DNA of 64,000 nt from Octopus vulgaris. Taxonomy: Eukaryota. The notes under the pieces are model-generated. The model searched no databases, was not told the DNA's origin, and saw only the letters and a program-made list of their open reading frames with translations. A program made the translations under genes and the position numbers. Location: assembly GCA_951406725.2 (NCBI GenBank), contig OX597818.1, positions 46,624,001-46,688,000 of the forward strand, in the 5' to 3' direction. Below are positions 40,554-53,575 of the stretch, piece by piece (the stretch's first letter is position 1; each line of letters starts with the position of its first letter).

Positions 40554-41387
40554 CAGTAGTCCTAAAAGCAATAAACTAAATCTGGCACAATCAGGCCTCC
40601 ACAGAAAAGGATCCTAGATCATATTAGCACGTCGGGCAAAATGTTTAACGCCATTTCGTCCGTCTCTAGGTTGTGAGTTCAAATTCCGCCGAGGTCGACT
40701 TTACCTTCATTGCGTTCGGAGTCGGCAAAATAAGTATCAGTTTAGTACTGGGGGTTGATGCAATCGATCTATCCCCTCCCACGAAATAGGTGATTTGTAC
40801 CAAATCTTGAAACTGGTAGTGTGTGTGTGTGTGTGTGTGTGTAACACCACTCCACTCACCACCCCTACTAAATGACAACACAGAAACCGTTTTGAGGCGG
40901 GGGTGGTGTTGAAGAAGCCCAGTGGATTAACGCGTACGGAACGTACGGGCAGAGAGCCGACATAAGATCCCTTCAGGGCCAAGTTCCATAACCACAAGTC
41001 CTTGTTTAATATCCAAGAGAAGCATAATTTCGCAACACTAGCGTGATATATATAAACATTGAAGGCAAGTGCAGCGCATTACGACATCAAGTGGAGGATA
41101 CTGGAAAGGTGTAAACCTTACTTTAACAGCAATAGGAGATGTTGATTCTGATTATTCTTTCTTTCTTTCTTTTATTCTTTTACTTGTTTCAGTCATTTGA
41201 CTGCGGTCATGCTGGAGCACCGCCTTTAGTCGAGCAAATCGACCCCAGGACTTATTCTTTGTAAGCCTAGTACTTATTCTATCGGTCTCTTTAGCCGAAC
41301 CGCTAAGTTACGGGGACGTAAACACAGCAGCATCGGTTGTCAAGCAATGTTGGGCGTACAAGCACAAACACAGAAACATATCCACAC

Positions 41388-41425
<38 letters not shown>

Positions 41426-42290
41426 TACGACGGGCTTCTTTCAGTTTCCGTCTACCAAATCCACTCACAAGGCTTTGGTCGGCCCGAGGCTATAGTAGAA
41501 GACACTTGCCCAAGGTGCCACGCAGTGGGACTGAACCCGGAACCATGTGGTTGGTAAGCAAGCTACTTACCACACAGCCACTCCTACGATTAGGTGAGAA
41601 AAGAATCATGATGAAAAGTCTCTTCAGTCAGACGCCTACCAAAACTTTGAAAATGAATGCAAGTATACTTTAGCAAATTGGTGGGCTGCACCATAAATAC
41701 AAAACGTTAGCTCTCCTTCCATTGGTGTTTTTACTTCACTGCAATGAGAGGAATTAATATAAGTTTTCTGCTCCCACATACACACCCAACTTTGATATAC
41801 ACAAGCCCATACACTCATGCAATTATGTGACGACACATAGTTTCAAAATTTCTCCACACACACTGTCCCACACCACCCTTTTCGTCTCTATCCCACCCGG
41901 CCCTTAACCCATCCCGACAAAACAATATCTTATATACTAGGGTAGACTCTTTTTTTGTCCGATTCCAAGGGACATACGTCCGATCAACTAAATATTCTAT
42001 TCCATGGGTTTGATCTGGTTGATTTCCTCCCATGAATTTCGTTCCGTTTTTTTTTTGTTTTTTTTTTACAGTAGTCCTAAAAGCCATAAACTGAATCTGG
42101 CACTATCAGGCCTCCACAGACAAAGATCCTAGACCATATTGTACCATTCAGCCATTTCTGACGATTGCTAGAGCTGAAGCTCCATCCTTGGCATGAAATC
42201 ATTTGGTAATTTGGCTATCGTAAGACTATAATATTATATTATAACAATAATAACTATTATAATATATTCACTCTATTACCTCATATACGA
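40554..42290 (+). mobile_element. Decayed Penelope-like element: direct repeats, GIY-YIG remnant and hammerhead, split by SINEs
   Basis: 72-bp direct repeat at 40554-40625 and 42069-42140 (6 mismatches). Frame PFRAKFHNHKSLFN...TLA*YI*TLK...YDIKWRILERCKPY...RRC*F*L (about 40965-41154) resumes as GEKRI after a family B SINE (41157-41587, duplicated GATTA). Confidence 0.75.
42150..42216 (+). ncRNA. Type I hammerhead ribozyme motif in the 3' pseudo-LTR of the Penelope-like element
   Basis: AGCCATTT-CTGACGA-TTGCTAG..GAGC-TGAA-GCTC..TTGGCAT-GAAA-TCATTTG-GTA-ATTTGGCT. Intact boxes, stem I AGCCA/TGGCT, stem III ATCA/TGGT, GUA triplet; U-U mismatch at 10.1/11.1. Confidence 0.7.
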
Positions 42291-42389
42291 GTGACTTTTT
42301 GTTTTACTCGGGGATTTTTAGACAACTTTTATGTGTGTGTGAGCGTGTGCGCGACGTGTGTGTTATGTATAATATATATTCTATTACTT

Positions 42390-42742
42390 TCTTTTACTTC
42401 TTTCAGTCGAAGAAATCGATACCAGGACTTATTCTTTGTAAGCCTTGTACTTATTCTATCGGTCTCTTTTCCCCGAACCGCTAAGTTACTGGGACGTAAA
42501 CACATCAACATCAGTTGTTACGCAATGGTGGGGGGACAAACACAGACACACAAACATATACATATATTTCCATATACACGACGGGCTTCTTTCCCTTTCC
42601 GTCTACCAAATCCACTCATAAGGCTTTGGTCGCCCCGAGGCTATAGTAGAAGACACTTGCCGAAGGTGCCACGCGGTGGGACTGAACCGGGAACCATGTA
42701 GTTGAGAAGCAAGCTTCTTACCACACAGCCACGCCTGCGCCT
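42390..42742 (-). mobile_element. SINE family B variant
   Basis: Reverse complement of B; shares diagnostic variants with the plus-strand copy at 40300-40553. Confidence 0.8.
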
Positions 42743-42743
42743 A

Positions 42744-42847
<104 letters not shown>

Positions 42848-43079
42848 CATAAGGGGAAGGCTATAGTGCTGAGGGGAAGGTCATATGGCTACAAAGAACA
42901 ACGATACACACACATACACGCACGCACACAAATACACACACAGATATGTACGCACATACACACACACAAACACAGATGCAAACGCATTCTGTTCTTCTAT
43001 GTTGTGTATCTAAGGATACACAACAAAGAAGAACATAATTAAATAAGAGGAGCAAGAGCACACACGGAGACGGAAAGTG

Positions 43080-43119
43080 TCGCTGAAGAGGTCACAGATG
43101 TGTGACGAAAGATTTCCGG
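43080..43119 (+). ncRNA. Minimal hammerhead-like motif
   Basis: TCG-CTGAAGA-G-GTCACA-GATG-TGTGAC-GAAA-GAT-TTC-CGG. Intact boxes, perfect 6-bp stem II, weak stems I and III. Confidence 0.55.
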
Positions 43120-43212
43120 AAAATGGACACGAGTTAGAATAAGAACAGTAATAAACGAGTGAAGAACGAATATAAAGTGCGTGTGTTTATTTGGCAAAAG
43201 AACCGTCCCGAA

Positions 43213-43272
<60 letters not shown>

Positions 43273-43278
43273 TATATA

Positions 43279-44284
43279 CAAATGGTAGTCTGAAGGAGCA
43301 AGGTCGGGAGAATAAGGTGGATGCGGAATTTTTTCCCAACCAAGCTCTTCGATCTTCTGTGATGTGATCTTTGCAGTGTGGGGTCGCGCATTGTCCTGAT
43401 GAAACATCACTCCTTTTCGATTCACTAAAGCAGGTCTTTTTTCTTCAAAGCTTGGTTCAAACGCTGACAGTACACTTGAGCATTGATTGTTGCATTTGGT
43501 GGTAACAATTCAAAGTGAATTACTCCTTTGCAATCCCACCAGATAGAAAGAACCTTTTTCCCATGAAGTTCCCTTCTCGGTTGTGGTTGAGCTTTTTTTC
43601 CTTTTACCAAGCCATTGTTTACAACGTTTAACATTTCGATAGAAGATCCATTTTTTGTCACCATTCACAAGTCTATCCAAAAAGGGAGAAATGAGTTTGC
43701 GAGAATGGAGAGAAGAGCAGATGTCAACTCGGGATTTGCAGTTGCTTTCGGACAATTCCTGAGGCACCCATTTTCCAAGTTTAGGAACCTTTCCAAGTTG
43801 TTGAAGATGACGATGAACAGATGTAAGGTTTGAACTAAACTTTATTGCCAATTCTTCAACTGATAATGCAGGATTTTCTTCAAGTAATGCCTCAAAGAGC
43901 TTATCATCAAACTCAACTGGACGTCCTGTTCGATCTTCATCTTCAAGGCTGAAATCTCCACTTCTGAATTTTGCAAACCACCTTCTGCAAGTTCTTTCAT
44001 TCAAGCATTCTTTCCCATAACCTGAGTGTATGTTTCGAGTCGCCTCGGCTTCAGAGTTTCCTTTTTTGTACTCATAAAGCATTATGTGCCTCAAATGTTC
44101 TTTGGATACTTCCATGTGAGAAAGGGTTTTCATCAAAGAAATTCTATTATTCTGTAAAATAATATTTAATTAGTTTAAATGTACACAAATGCATAAATAT
44201 AATTTTTAATTCCATGAGACATTCTAAATTTCATTCAATTTTAAAAAAGGTAAAATCGGACAGAACTTATGGGATGACCTGATA
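43279..44284 (-). mobile_element. mariner (DD34D) transposon, frameshifted and 3'-truncated
   Basis: ORF 43510-44136 contains the HTH (RRWFAKFRSGDFSLED..RTGRP), WVPQEL and NGDKKWIFY; downstream frames give FHQDNARPH and HPPYSPDLAPSDYH. 5' TIR TATCAGGTCATCCCATAAGTTCTGTCCG ends at 44284; the 3' end is lost at (TA)n. Confidence 0.92.
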
Positions 44285-44296
44285 TTACGTGTACTG

Positions 44297-44349
<53 letters not shown>

Positions 44350-44419
44350 CATATATGTGTATATTACATATATTATATACTCATGTATATATGTGTGTAT
44401 AGTATATACATGCATACAC

Positions 44420-44475
<56 letters not shown>

Positions 44476-44789
44476 GTATACTTCGCATATTTCTTCCTAC
44501 AAAATTTCATGCACATGAGTTTGAACAATCCAAGTTATTCTTCAAAGCACTCAGACTCAAATTCTCGCGAAAAAAATTCATTAAAGATGGTCACTGCGAT
44601 GACAATGAAAGATAACTCACAAATGATTGATAGCCAACTCCATTCTACGAGAACGGGGGAAGAAAATACCAGTGTGTTTTCTGTGAAAATTTGCCAAAAG
44701 AACAGCAATAATTTCAGTATTAACATTAACAGTAATAATACTTACAGCAACCATAATATTAAAAAATGCAAATAATCAAAAGAACAACA

Positions 44790-45416
44790 ATAATCCTTTC
44801 TACTATAGGCACAAGGCCCGAAATTTTTGGGGGAAGAGGCAGTCGATTAGATCGAATCCTGTACGCAACTGGTACTTAATTTATTGATTCCGAAAGGATG
44901 AAAGGTAAGGTCGAACTCGGCGAAATTTGAACTCAGAACGTAGCTAACGATTCTGCCAGCACGCTTTGTAATAATAACAATAATTAATAATAATAGTAAT
45001 AGTGATAGTAATAATAATCCTTTCTACTGGATTCACAAGACCTCAAATTTGGGGGAAGGGATTAAGTCTATTACATCGACTCCAGTGCGTAACTGGTACT
45101 AATTTTATCGACCCCGAAAGGATGAAAGGCAAAATCGACCTCGGCGGAATTTGAACTCAGAACGTAACCTCAGACGAAATACCTGTTTCTCTATTACCCA
45201 CAAGGGGCTAAACATAGAGAGGACAAACAAGGACAGACAAACGGATTAAGTCGATTATATCGACCCCAGTGCGTACCTGGTAGTTAATTTATCGACCCCG
45301 AAAGGATGAAAGGCAAAGTCGACCACGGCGGAATTTGAACTCAGAACGTAGCGGCAGACGAAATACCGCTAAGCATTTCGCCCGGCGTGCTAACGTTTCT
45401 GCCAGCTCGCCGCCTT
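44790..45416 (-). mobile_element. Family A SINE cluster including a dimer (45015-45416)
   Basis: Reverse complements of the A consensus; dimer junction GACGAAATACC|TGTTTC at about 45183. Confidence 0.8.
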
Positions 45417-45429
45417 AATAATAATAATG

Positions 45430-45912
45430 AATAGGAATATGCTCAAAAGAAAACTAAATGGAGGGAATTTTATCAAGATAATCAATACATATGTCATTGA
45501 AAGACTCTGTTCGTTTTTTTAAATGGACAAAGAGCTCAGAAATTAGACAGAATATCGATGAAGCTATTCACAATCCATACTGCGCATATCCTGAAACTGA
45601 TATTGGCAGGTCTACTTACCAAGAAAGAAAGGATATTAAGTTTTGGTTAACGCAGAAGACAGTAAAGCGATATTTGGTTTGAAAAACTGTATTGTGCGCA
45701 GTGAAAAATGAATATCGTCTGCTGCCAAAAAACTTTTTTTTTTAACGTCATTGAAACAGTAGGAGAATTCAAGAACTAAAGGAAGAACGACAGGACAAAT
45801 GGTTGGAAAGATAAGGAATTACATGGCCAATTCAATCAACAAACTGAGGATATTGGAAATAAAGTACATTTCGAGTTGCTGACAGATGGAGACCTGAAAC
45901 GAGAAACTGAAA
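45430..45912 (+). mobile_element. Decayed R4/Dong-like LINE fragment
   Basis: Remnants LKRKLNGGNFIKIINTY and ELHGQFNQQTEDIG...LLTDGDLKRETE, colinear with the HGKY...LKAETE region of the copy at 24268. Confidence 0.6.
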
Positions 45913-46280
45913 TTTATCTTTTATCTGTTATTCTTTTACTTGCTTCAGTAAATGTGGCCGTGCCTTGAAGAAATTTTAGTCGATGAATCGACCCCAGTAC
46001 TTTTTTTGTTAAGCCTGGTACTTATTTTATGGATCTCTTTTGCCGAACAGCTAAGTTACAGAGACATAAACACACCAACACCGGTCGTCATAAATAATGT
46101 AAAGACACAAGGTCTGAAAATAGGAGTGGGGGACTAGTCGATTAAATCGATCTCAGTGTTTCACTGGTACTTAATTTATTGGCCCCAAAAGGATGAAAGC
46201 AAAGTCGACCTCGGCGGAACTTGAACTCAGAACGTAAAGACAGGCGAACGATTCTGCCAGCTCACCGCCTTAACAACAAC

Positions 46281-46335
<55 letters not shown>

Positions 46336-46336
46336 G

Positions 46337-46640
46337 TAAAGATCTCTAGGGATGAAAAAAAAGGTACTGAAACCTATTTGAAAATGATACCAGGCTTACC
46401 ATCCCTACAGGAAGTGCAAAAAATCGTGTTAACTGGAACGGCTCATGTACTGAGAAGAGCATTATCGCTGTGAAAACAACATCCATTCATGAATTTATTT
46501 ATTTATTAATTTTTTTAATAATTTGCGTGTGAATTTGCGTGTGTAATCTGGGAATGCATACAATGAGCTTTTCTGCCCTAGGTGTACGGAAAACACTCGG
46601 CGAGAAACGGAAGAAAATTTGAAGAAAGAAGGAAAACAAA
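46337..46640 (+). mobile_element. 3' end of an R4/Dong-like LINE between two (TAA)n tracts
   Basis: YLKMIPGLPSLQEVQKIVLTGTAHVLRRALSL* (stop at 46471-46473) parallels ...IPGLTNTYNIQKIALLGTAHILRRTLSIQ* at 25104. (TAA)n on both sides. Confidence 0.75.
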
Positions 46641-46656
46641 AATAATAATAATAATG

Positions 46657-46717
<61 letters not shown>

Positions 46718-47592
46718 TAATAATGTAGACACCGCTATTAATGACTAAAACAACAAAGTACTGATGGCAGTTTGAGATAACCAGCAATAGAAGAAAAGGA
46801 GAATTATCAGTAATGAAAAACGACAACGTAAAAAAACTTGTGTACGAGCCTCACGTGCAGTTATAATTGGACTTCAACATAATTGGAGGAAAAATTAAAA
46901 AGACACGGACATATGCCAGTCAGGAAGAGGTAGTGTTACTACCAAAAGAATAAAGTGAGGAAATATGGGGCAAAAATAACAAATAAGTTTGGATGCATCT
47001 TCCATAAGACAAGGCTGTTTGAAAGCCCTCATTGAGAAGATTTTTATGATATAATTAAGGAATTAGGTCGCACATAAACCATGTAATTGAGAGTTCGTTT
47101 TTAACTGTAATTTCTACTTGGAAGAAAGAAAAAAGAAGGAAAACCGCGCCGCAACACGTCTGTCAGAAAAGTTCACCGTTAGTAGATAAGTATGGAGGTG
47201 TTCTTAATTTCGACAGTTGCCAACGAAGACAACAGGTGAGCAAACTGTAGACTCCAATTTGGTAGAGATCGTAAGTAGAAAGAAATCCTGTTGCTGAAAG
47301 CTAAATGAATCGTGTTGGGGTGCGAATAATCTAACGTGACCGGTATGGTGAGCAAATTAAGTAGGAACTGGCGGCTATGGCTGCGTGGTTAAAAGCGTTT
47401 GCTTCGAAATCAAAAGGTATGTTTGATAGACACACGTATCTTTTATCTTTTACTTCTTTCTGTCGTGAGACCACAGCCATACTGGTATACCAATTTTTTT
47501 TATTACCCACAAGGGGTATACCGTCTTGAAAAATTTTAGTTGAACGAATCAACCCAGTACTTACTATTATTATTATTATTATTGTTATTATT

Positions 47593-48139
47593 GAGTGAGA
47601 GAGCAGTGCATGCCATCAATGTGACACTGGGGTACAAATATACGAAGCCCAGTATACCCATCATGACTACCCGTCTGATAAGGGTACACTAGGCACATGC
47701 ATCACAACCATATGTGCGCGACATGGTGATCTCATATCAAGGTTAACAGCGCATGACCTTGCGGGTGGCGCCCAGTTAGAATTTTCTTCGGGTCGAGTAG
47801 CCCATCCCGCTTAAGATGTCCCTGAATAAGGGTTGTTTAAGGATGATCAACAAAACACCCATGTTTCCAAAGGTGAATTATCCAAACCCCAAAGAATCCC
47901 TCTCAACACATTGCTATGATGCTCCCCCACTACTTCTGCTTGTGATCAGAGATGCACATTAAGGGACATGCTCAATTGGTTAAGGGCAAACAACTGACAA
48001 GAAAATCTGTGGTATTCGGCAGAATATTTGCTGTAGCCCATCTTTTATACCAAGACTAAACAATGTACATGATAACACTTCCAATCAGTTAAGATCAGAA
48101 GTCATGAGAGCCACTGCCTGGTACTGCATCAGGGCATTT
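47593..48139. mobile_element. Unclassified non-coding insert of about 550 bp in a (TTA)n tract, splitting a family B SINE
   Basis: Higher-GC block flanked on both sides by (TTA)n (47565-47592, 48140-48159). Pieces of a minus-strand B SINE lie either side (about 47440-47563 and 48185-48538). Confidence 0.55.
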
Positions 48140-48337
48140 ATTATTATTATTATTATTATCTATTTTTTTACTTTCTTATTTTTAAGTAAAGCCTGGTACT
48201 TATTCGATCGAGTCTTTTTCTGAACCGCTAAGTTACAGGGACGTAAGCACACCAGCACCAGCTGTCAAGCGATGAAGGAGGCAAACACACGCACGCACGC
48301 ACGCACGCACGCACACACATACATATGTATATATGTA

Positions 48338-48369
<32 letters not shown>

Positions 48370-49325
48370 CACGACAGGCTTCTTTTAGTTTCCGTCTACT
48401 AAACCCATTAACAAAGCTTTGGTCAGTCCGAGGCTATAGTATAAAATACTTGTGCAAGGTGTCACGCAGTGGGACTGAACTAGGAACCATGTGGGATTGG
48501 GAACCAAACGTCTTACTGGAGCGCCACGCATGCGCCTACCACAAATATGCTTATGTGATGCATGTGTTCATGTTTCTATTTTACGAACACGCGTGTGTGT
48601 GTGTGTGTGTATGTGTGTGTGCATGTGTGTGTGTGTGTGTGCGTGCGTGTATCATGCATGTATTCTTTTGTTCTTTTACTTGTTTCTGTCATTAAACGGC
48701 GGCCATGTTGGGGCACTAAATTAAAAGATTTAGTCCAGTATTTATTCACTAATATATATATATTAGTAATTCACCCACTTTACGATTTCCCCCTTTAATA
48801 TCGTTATTTTAAATCATAAGCATAGAAATTTTAATGGCAATTGTGAAAATAAATATCAAACTTGTATGAAAATTACTTTAAATGTTCAGTCACTGCAGTG
48901 CAAGTGTGCATTCATTCATTTATTCAGTCATTCAGTTAGATCTGCGTAGTGTTAGTGGCGTATACCTTTACTGTATTCATAACCTCTCCGTTGTTTCTTT
49001 GTCTTAAAATTTTCGAATTAATTCGCCCTTCCAATGTCCCAAGAAAAGAAAGAACGGTCCAGTTTAAACTGCTAATGATAATAAAAAAAAAAGGAAAACA
49101 ATACTTAAGAAACAGATTTTACATTAACAAAATCGGGAAAGACTCTTAAAGATCTGGATTCAAAATTTTCTTTTGGTTAGTCAACTGTATGTAAGATTTT
49201 AATAAATCAGCAAAATATTTGAACGAAATTAAAAGTGTGCAGTCTCTGCTGTATACGAGAATGCCTAATAAGGAACAAGCCGACCATATTTACTCGCATT
49301 TATCGACATAAATAACTGATTACAT

Positions 49326-49593
49326 TTCGTTTTTGGATTTGGTTTGCAAGATTCTTTATGTGAATTTGTGTGTTGAAGTATATTCTGTTGTGTCTGGGGA
49401 GAGTCATTTTCTTTTTGTACCTTATAATTTAACACACTCACTGGTAAAATTTCAACCTTTTCAATAAGACTGTTGAAAAGGTTGCAAGACGCAACGAAAA
49501 TTTTAGGAAAATAGAAATAAGAAACAAGTGGGAAATTTTACCGGTGAGTGTGTTAAATTATAAGGTACAAAAAGAAAATGACTCACCCCAGAC
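49326..49593 (-). mobile_element. Retroposon 3' end with fold-back inverted duplication
   Basis: 14-bp TSD ATAACTGATTACAT (49312-49325, 49594-49607). Arms 49391-49453 and 49532-49594. Related to 51296-51405, which ends in (TACA)n on the minus strand. Confidence 0.75.
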
Positions 49594-49699
49594 ATAACTG
49601 ATTACATGTAACGATTAAATACGCCGGTTATTCGAGTTGTTATTTGTGCTAAGGCTTCATCTATTTTTATGATGTCTAAAGTGGTAAGAATGCAACTGT

Positions 49700-51168
49700 G
49701 GAGAAGCATTTACTGCAAGCTATGGCTGGTTTTATAGATATAAAAACCTGCTTATCGGCATTATATAAAAGTTCACAGACAAGCTACGAGTGCTATATTG
49801 AAGCAATAAATTTGTTACTAAAATAATTAGAAGAAATAATAGAATATAGTTACACAAGCTCATAACTAGTAACGTAGACCAAACGCTCCTTTTCTGGAAG
49901 CCAGGTTATAAAAGGAAAAGTCATCAACGCTAGGTTTAAAATAGCTAAAGATCGGTTAATGCTACTGTTTAATACATTATAATTGGATGATATTGTAAGT
50001 TAAGACCAATAATTGTGCACTGTGTCAAAAATCCAAGGGCAAATGAAGGCTTCGTAAAAGCTAAACTTGCGTCATATGAAAGGCAATAAAAAAAATTTGG
50101 GGTTACTGCTTCACTGTTTGAAAATTAGTTTTTTGCGTCACTTTGTAGAAAACAAAATTATGGTGGTGTCAAAAATATTCCATTTCGTGTGTTGCTGATC
50201 GCAGATAACGTAAGTTGTCTTCCAAAGCTTTTACAACATTACCTTCCAAATGTTAGATTAATGTTTCTGCTGCCAAATAGAATATCGCTTTTATCAAGGC
50301 GTTATTGCATCATCTAAAGCATATTAATTGTGGTAGACATTTAATCAGTTAATAAACAGTATTGATAAGGAAGGAGGTCCAACATTAAAAGAAATATGAA
50401 AATCAGTCAATGTTCTAAGTGCAGAAAACATAATAAAATAAGCCTGGAGGAAATAGAGAGATAAAAATGAAAGATGTTTGGAACAAAATGTGTTTTTGCT
50501 TTTAATCTCTTAATTTTGGAAGATATGAAGATCCTGCAGAGATTGTTTGAAATGAAAAAAAAACACACCATGTTACTGCTTAATAAACTTGCATCATGAT
50601 CTACGAGTGATATGAACACTGGATACTCCTGTTTAGTATTTCACTCTTAAAGACCTTGACAAAGTCTTTTTCACATACTGAAAATTTGGTTGAGATATTT
50701 TAGTCACGAAATTCATATTTCAAGCGCAGAACAATAGATGCAACAGATAAAAATAAATCTCCTGTCTGCTATCATGTAATCTATGAAGAGAAAAGTAACA
50801 CACAAGCAAGGAACACTTGAAAATTAATACAGAAATATACATTTTTGTTTTAACTGAATCGGACACGAGAAACAAAGCAATACCCAAACCAGGTTGAGTG
50901 ATGAAAAATAACAATAATAAAAAATTAGAAAAATTTGAGTGTTTATTCTTTAGAAATGATTTATTTAATATCTACGGTGTATTAAAAATTTGTTATGAGT
51001 AAATTGTTTTTCCATTGCTCTTTGTTTAATACGTTTAAAACTTCCCGTATAATATCTCTCATCAGCAGAAACGTAACCGTTGTTAAAACATTATTCCTTT
51101 GTGAATTTCTCTCTCACTTAACGATTGCACATTTGGAACTAAACGAATTAAGTCAAGGGATTTTATGT
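49700..51168 (+). mobile_element. Heavily decayed pogo/Tigger transposon
   Basis: Ordered remnants FTASYGWF, NVDQTLLFWK, FKIAKDRLMLL, RPIIVHCVKNPRA, VLLIADN, LMFLLPN and QGVIASSKAY (CENP-B/DDE_1-like). TIR-like right end ...TAAGTCAAGGGATTTTATGTA. Confidence 0.7.
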
Positions 51169-51974
51169 ATGTATGTATGTATGTATGTATGTATGTATGT
51201 ATGTATGTATGTATGTATGTATGTATGTATGTATGTATGTATGTATGTATGTATGTATGTATGTATGTATGTATGTATGTATGTATGTATGTATGTGGTT
51301 TTTGTATTTGGTTTGCAAGATTCTTGATGTGAATTCATGTGTTGAAACATGTTTTGTTGTATCCCAGGAGGGTCATTATGCCAATAATAAATACACTCAC
51401 TGGTCCATGTGTTTATTGTCAGTCTAATGACCCTCCCGAGATGTTTGTGTATATGTATATATATATATATACACTCACATTTATATACATTCACAAAAAT
51501 ATATGTATACACACATCACACAAATATATATACATACATATATATATATATATATGCATCACATAGATATTACATATATATATATATAAACGAAGAAAAA
51601 TGCAACAAACAAATACGTTCATGATAAAAGTTATCCCTTTGACATTCAGAAGAACGGATTCATTTTGTTTCGGGAATTTTCTTTGTGTAGAGTGCAAAAG
51701 AAGAAGAAAAGACGAGGAAAATGGAAAAACATAAAAGGAGTAATCCAGACGAAAATACCCGAATAGAGATGGTTTTCATGATGGCCGTTGATTGACCGGA
51801 AGTTGAATACTCGGCTGAAAGGAGTATTCGGAGTCAAGGGAACAAAAACAAGATGGTAGGTATGGCTGTGTACGTACTAGATCACGTTATGTTGAGCTAT
51901 GTACTTTTGTTAAATCAATTACAAATGCAGCATTCGATTATGATTCAACTAAAATTTATGATAATCAATCAAAT

Positions 51975-52985
51975 TTAGGAGCAATGCCAATAGTTTGTAA
52001 GCATTGTTTTGCAAAACTGTTTAAGGATAAATTAGGCTGTTCAAATGGTAAACTTAAATTATATTTGTTTGAAAGACCGCCTGAACTTTTAAATACACTA
52101 AATCTGCAGGAAAATCTGGATCCCCCAATTTTTTTTTTTTAATTATCAAATAATATAATGAATTGTTTTCACTGACATCCTTTGGAGTTGGTGAATCAAT
52201 ATCTCTAGTGGGATTCATGCCAGTTTTCGAAATACAAAGTCACATTTACCATAGAATAAGTTCATTGTATAATACAGATAAAAATATTCCTAGATATGCT
52301 CAAGTTTATTTTATTGGTGATTTAAATGACCAAATTAACATCAGAGATAGTAGATTTCCTGCAACAAAGTTACACACTACAAGAGATGTTTTTTGGAGAA
52401 TAATGAGCTTATTAGACAAATTAAAACTTTGGCATTTTTGGTTAACAAACCTAATCTTAAATTGTCAATTTGTGCGGATAGAGACACCTGGTGAGCATGC
52501 ACGAAGGTACAATGACCGAGTATCTAACGATGTGTGATTACTAATGGTTGGAACAGAAATTCCACAAAGAAACAATTTGTACCTATCAAGATAATATGGT
52601 AAAGAAAATCAATGAATTACATAGATCCTATGATCCATTACGTGGAGGCGCAATGGCCCAGTGGTTAGGGCTGCGAACTCACGGTCGGAGGATCGCGGTT
52701 TCGATTCCCAGACCGGGCGTTGTTTGTGTTTATTGAGCGAAAACGCCTAAAAGCTCCACGAGGCTCCGGCAGGGGGTGGTGGAGATCCCTGTTGTACACT
52801 TTCGCCACAACTTTCTCTCACTCTCTCTTCCTGTTTCTTGAGTAACGCTGCGATGGACTGGCGTCCTGTCCAGCGGGGGAAAACACATACGCCACAGAAA
52901 CCGGGAAACCGGGCCCATGACCCTGGCTAGGCTTGATAAGGGCGACGTTTATAGTTTTATGATCCATTACAATATCCTTTGATTC
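51975..52985 (+). pseudogene. Helitron Rep/helicase N-terminal remnant
   Basis: LGAMPIVCKHCFAKLF...GCSNGK (zinc-finger-like), FSLTSFG...GFMPVF..QSHIYHRISSL...PRYAQVYFIGD, PGEHARRYN, and INELHRSYDPL|QYPL, which is restored when the SINE at 52642-52957 and one TSD copy are removed. Confidence 0.8.
52642..52957 (+). mobile_element. SINE family C head with tail type 2 (V-domain-like)
   Basis: 13-bp TSD TATGATCCATTAC (52629-52641, 52958-52970). A and B boxes; tail contains CTGCGATGGACTGGCGTCCTGTCCAG. Confidence 0.9.
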
Positions 52986-53575
52986 ATTGGATCTAAAATA
53001 TAATTTACATCAATAAATGACAGGTCATTCTAGTCTATATTAATAAAATCGGTTTCGTAAGACTGACGTGTCAGTCTGCAATAGTCGCTATATCCTCCTC
53101 CTCCTTCGACTAACCCTCCAAAGATTTTGGCGTTCCAATAAATAATAAATAAATTAAAAATATGGCGCCGATTGTCTGCTGGTTTTTGTGTGTGTGTGTG
53201 TGTGTAACTATATGAGACTGTTAGTGTTTGTATGTGCTCGTGTAACTGTATGTGTAACTCTGTGTGTGTGTGTGTATGCGCGCGCGTTACTGTATGAAAC
53301 TGTGTGTGTTTACGTAACTATGAGACGGTATCTGTGTGTGAGTACGCGCGTATCTGTATGAGACTGTGTTTGTGTGTGTGTTTGCGTGTGTGCGTATTAC
53401 TGTATGAGACTGTGTGTGTGTGTGTATGTTTGTGTGTGAAACAATAACTGAAAGTGTATGTTGGTATCTGCATGTTTAACATATAAACTGCGTGTGGAAT
53501 TTCTGCTGATATCTGTATGTGTGTGTGTGTGTGTGTCTGTCTTTCTCTCTCTCTCTCTCTCTCGTTATCTGTATA

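Noticed and set aside
52644-52718. tRNA gene-like sequence (also the heads of families A, B and D)
   Set aside because: A and B boxes are present, but there is no proper acceptor stem, and the heads continue into SINE bodies with TSDs.
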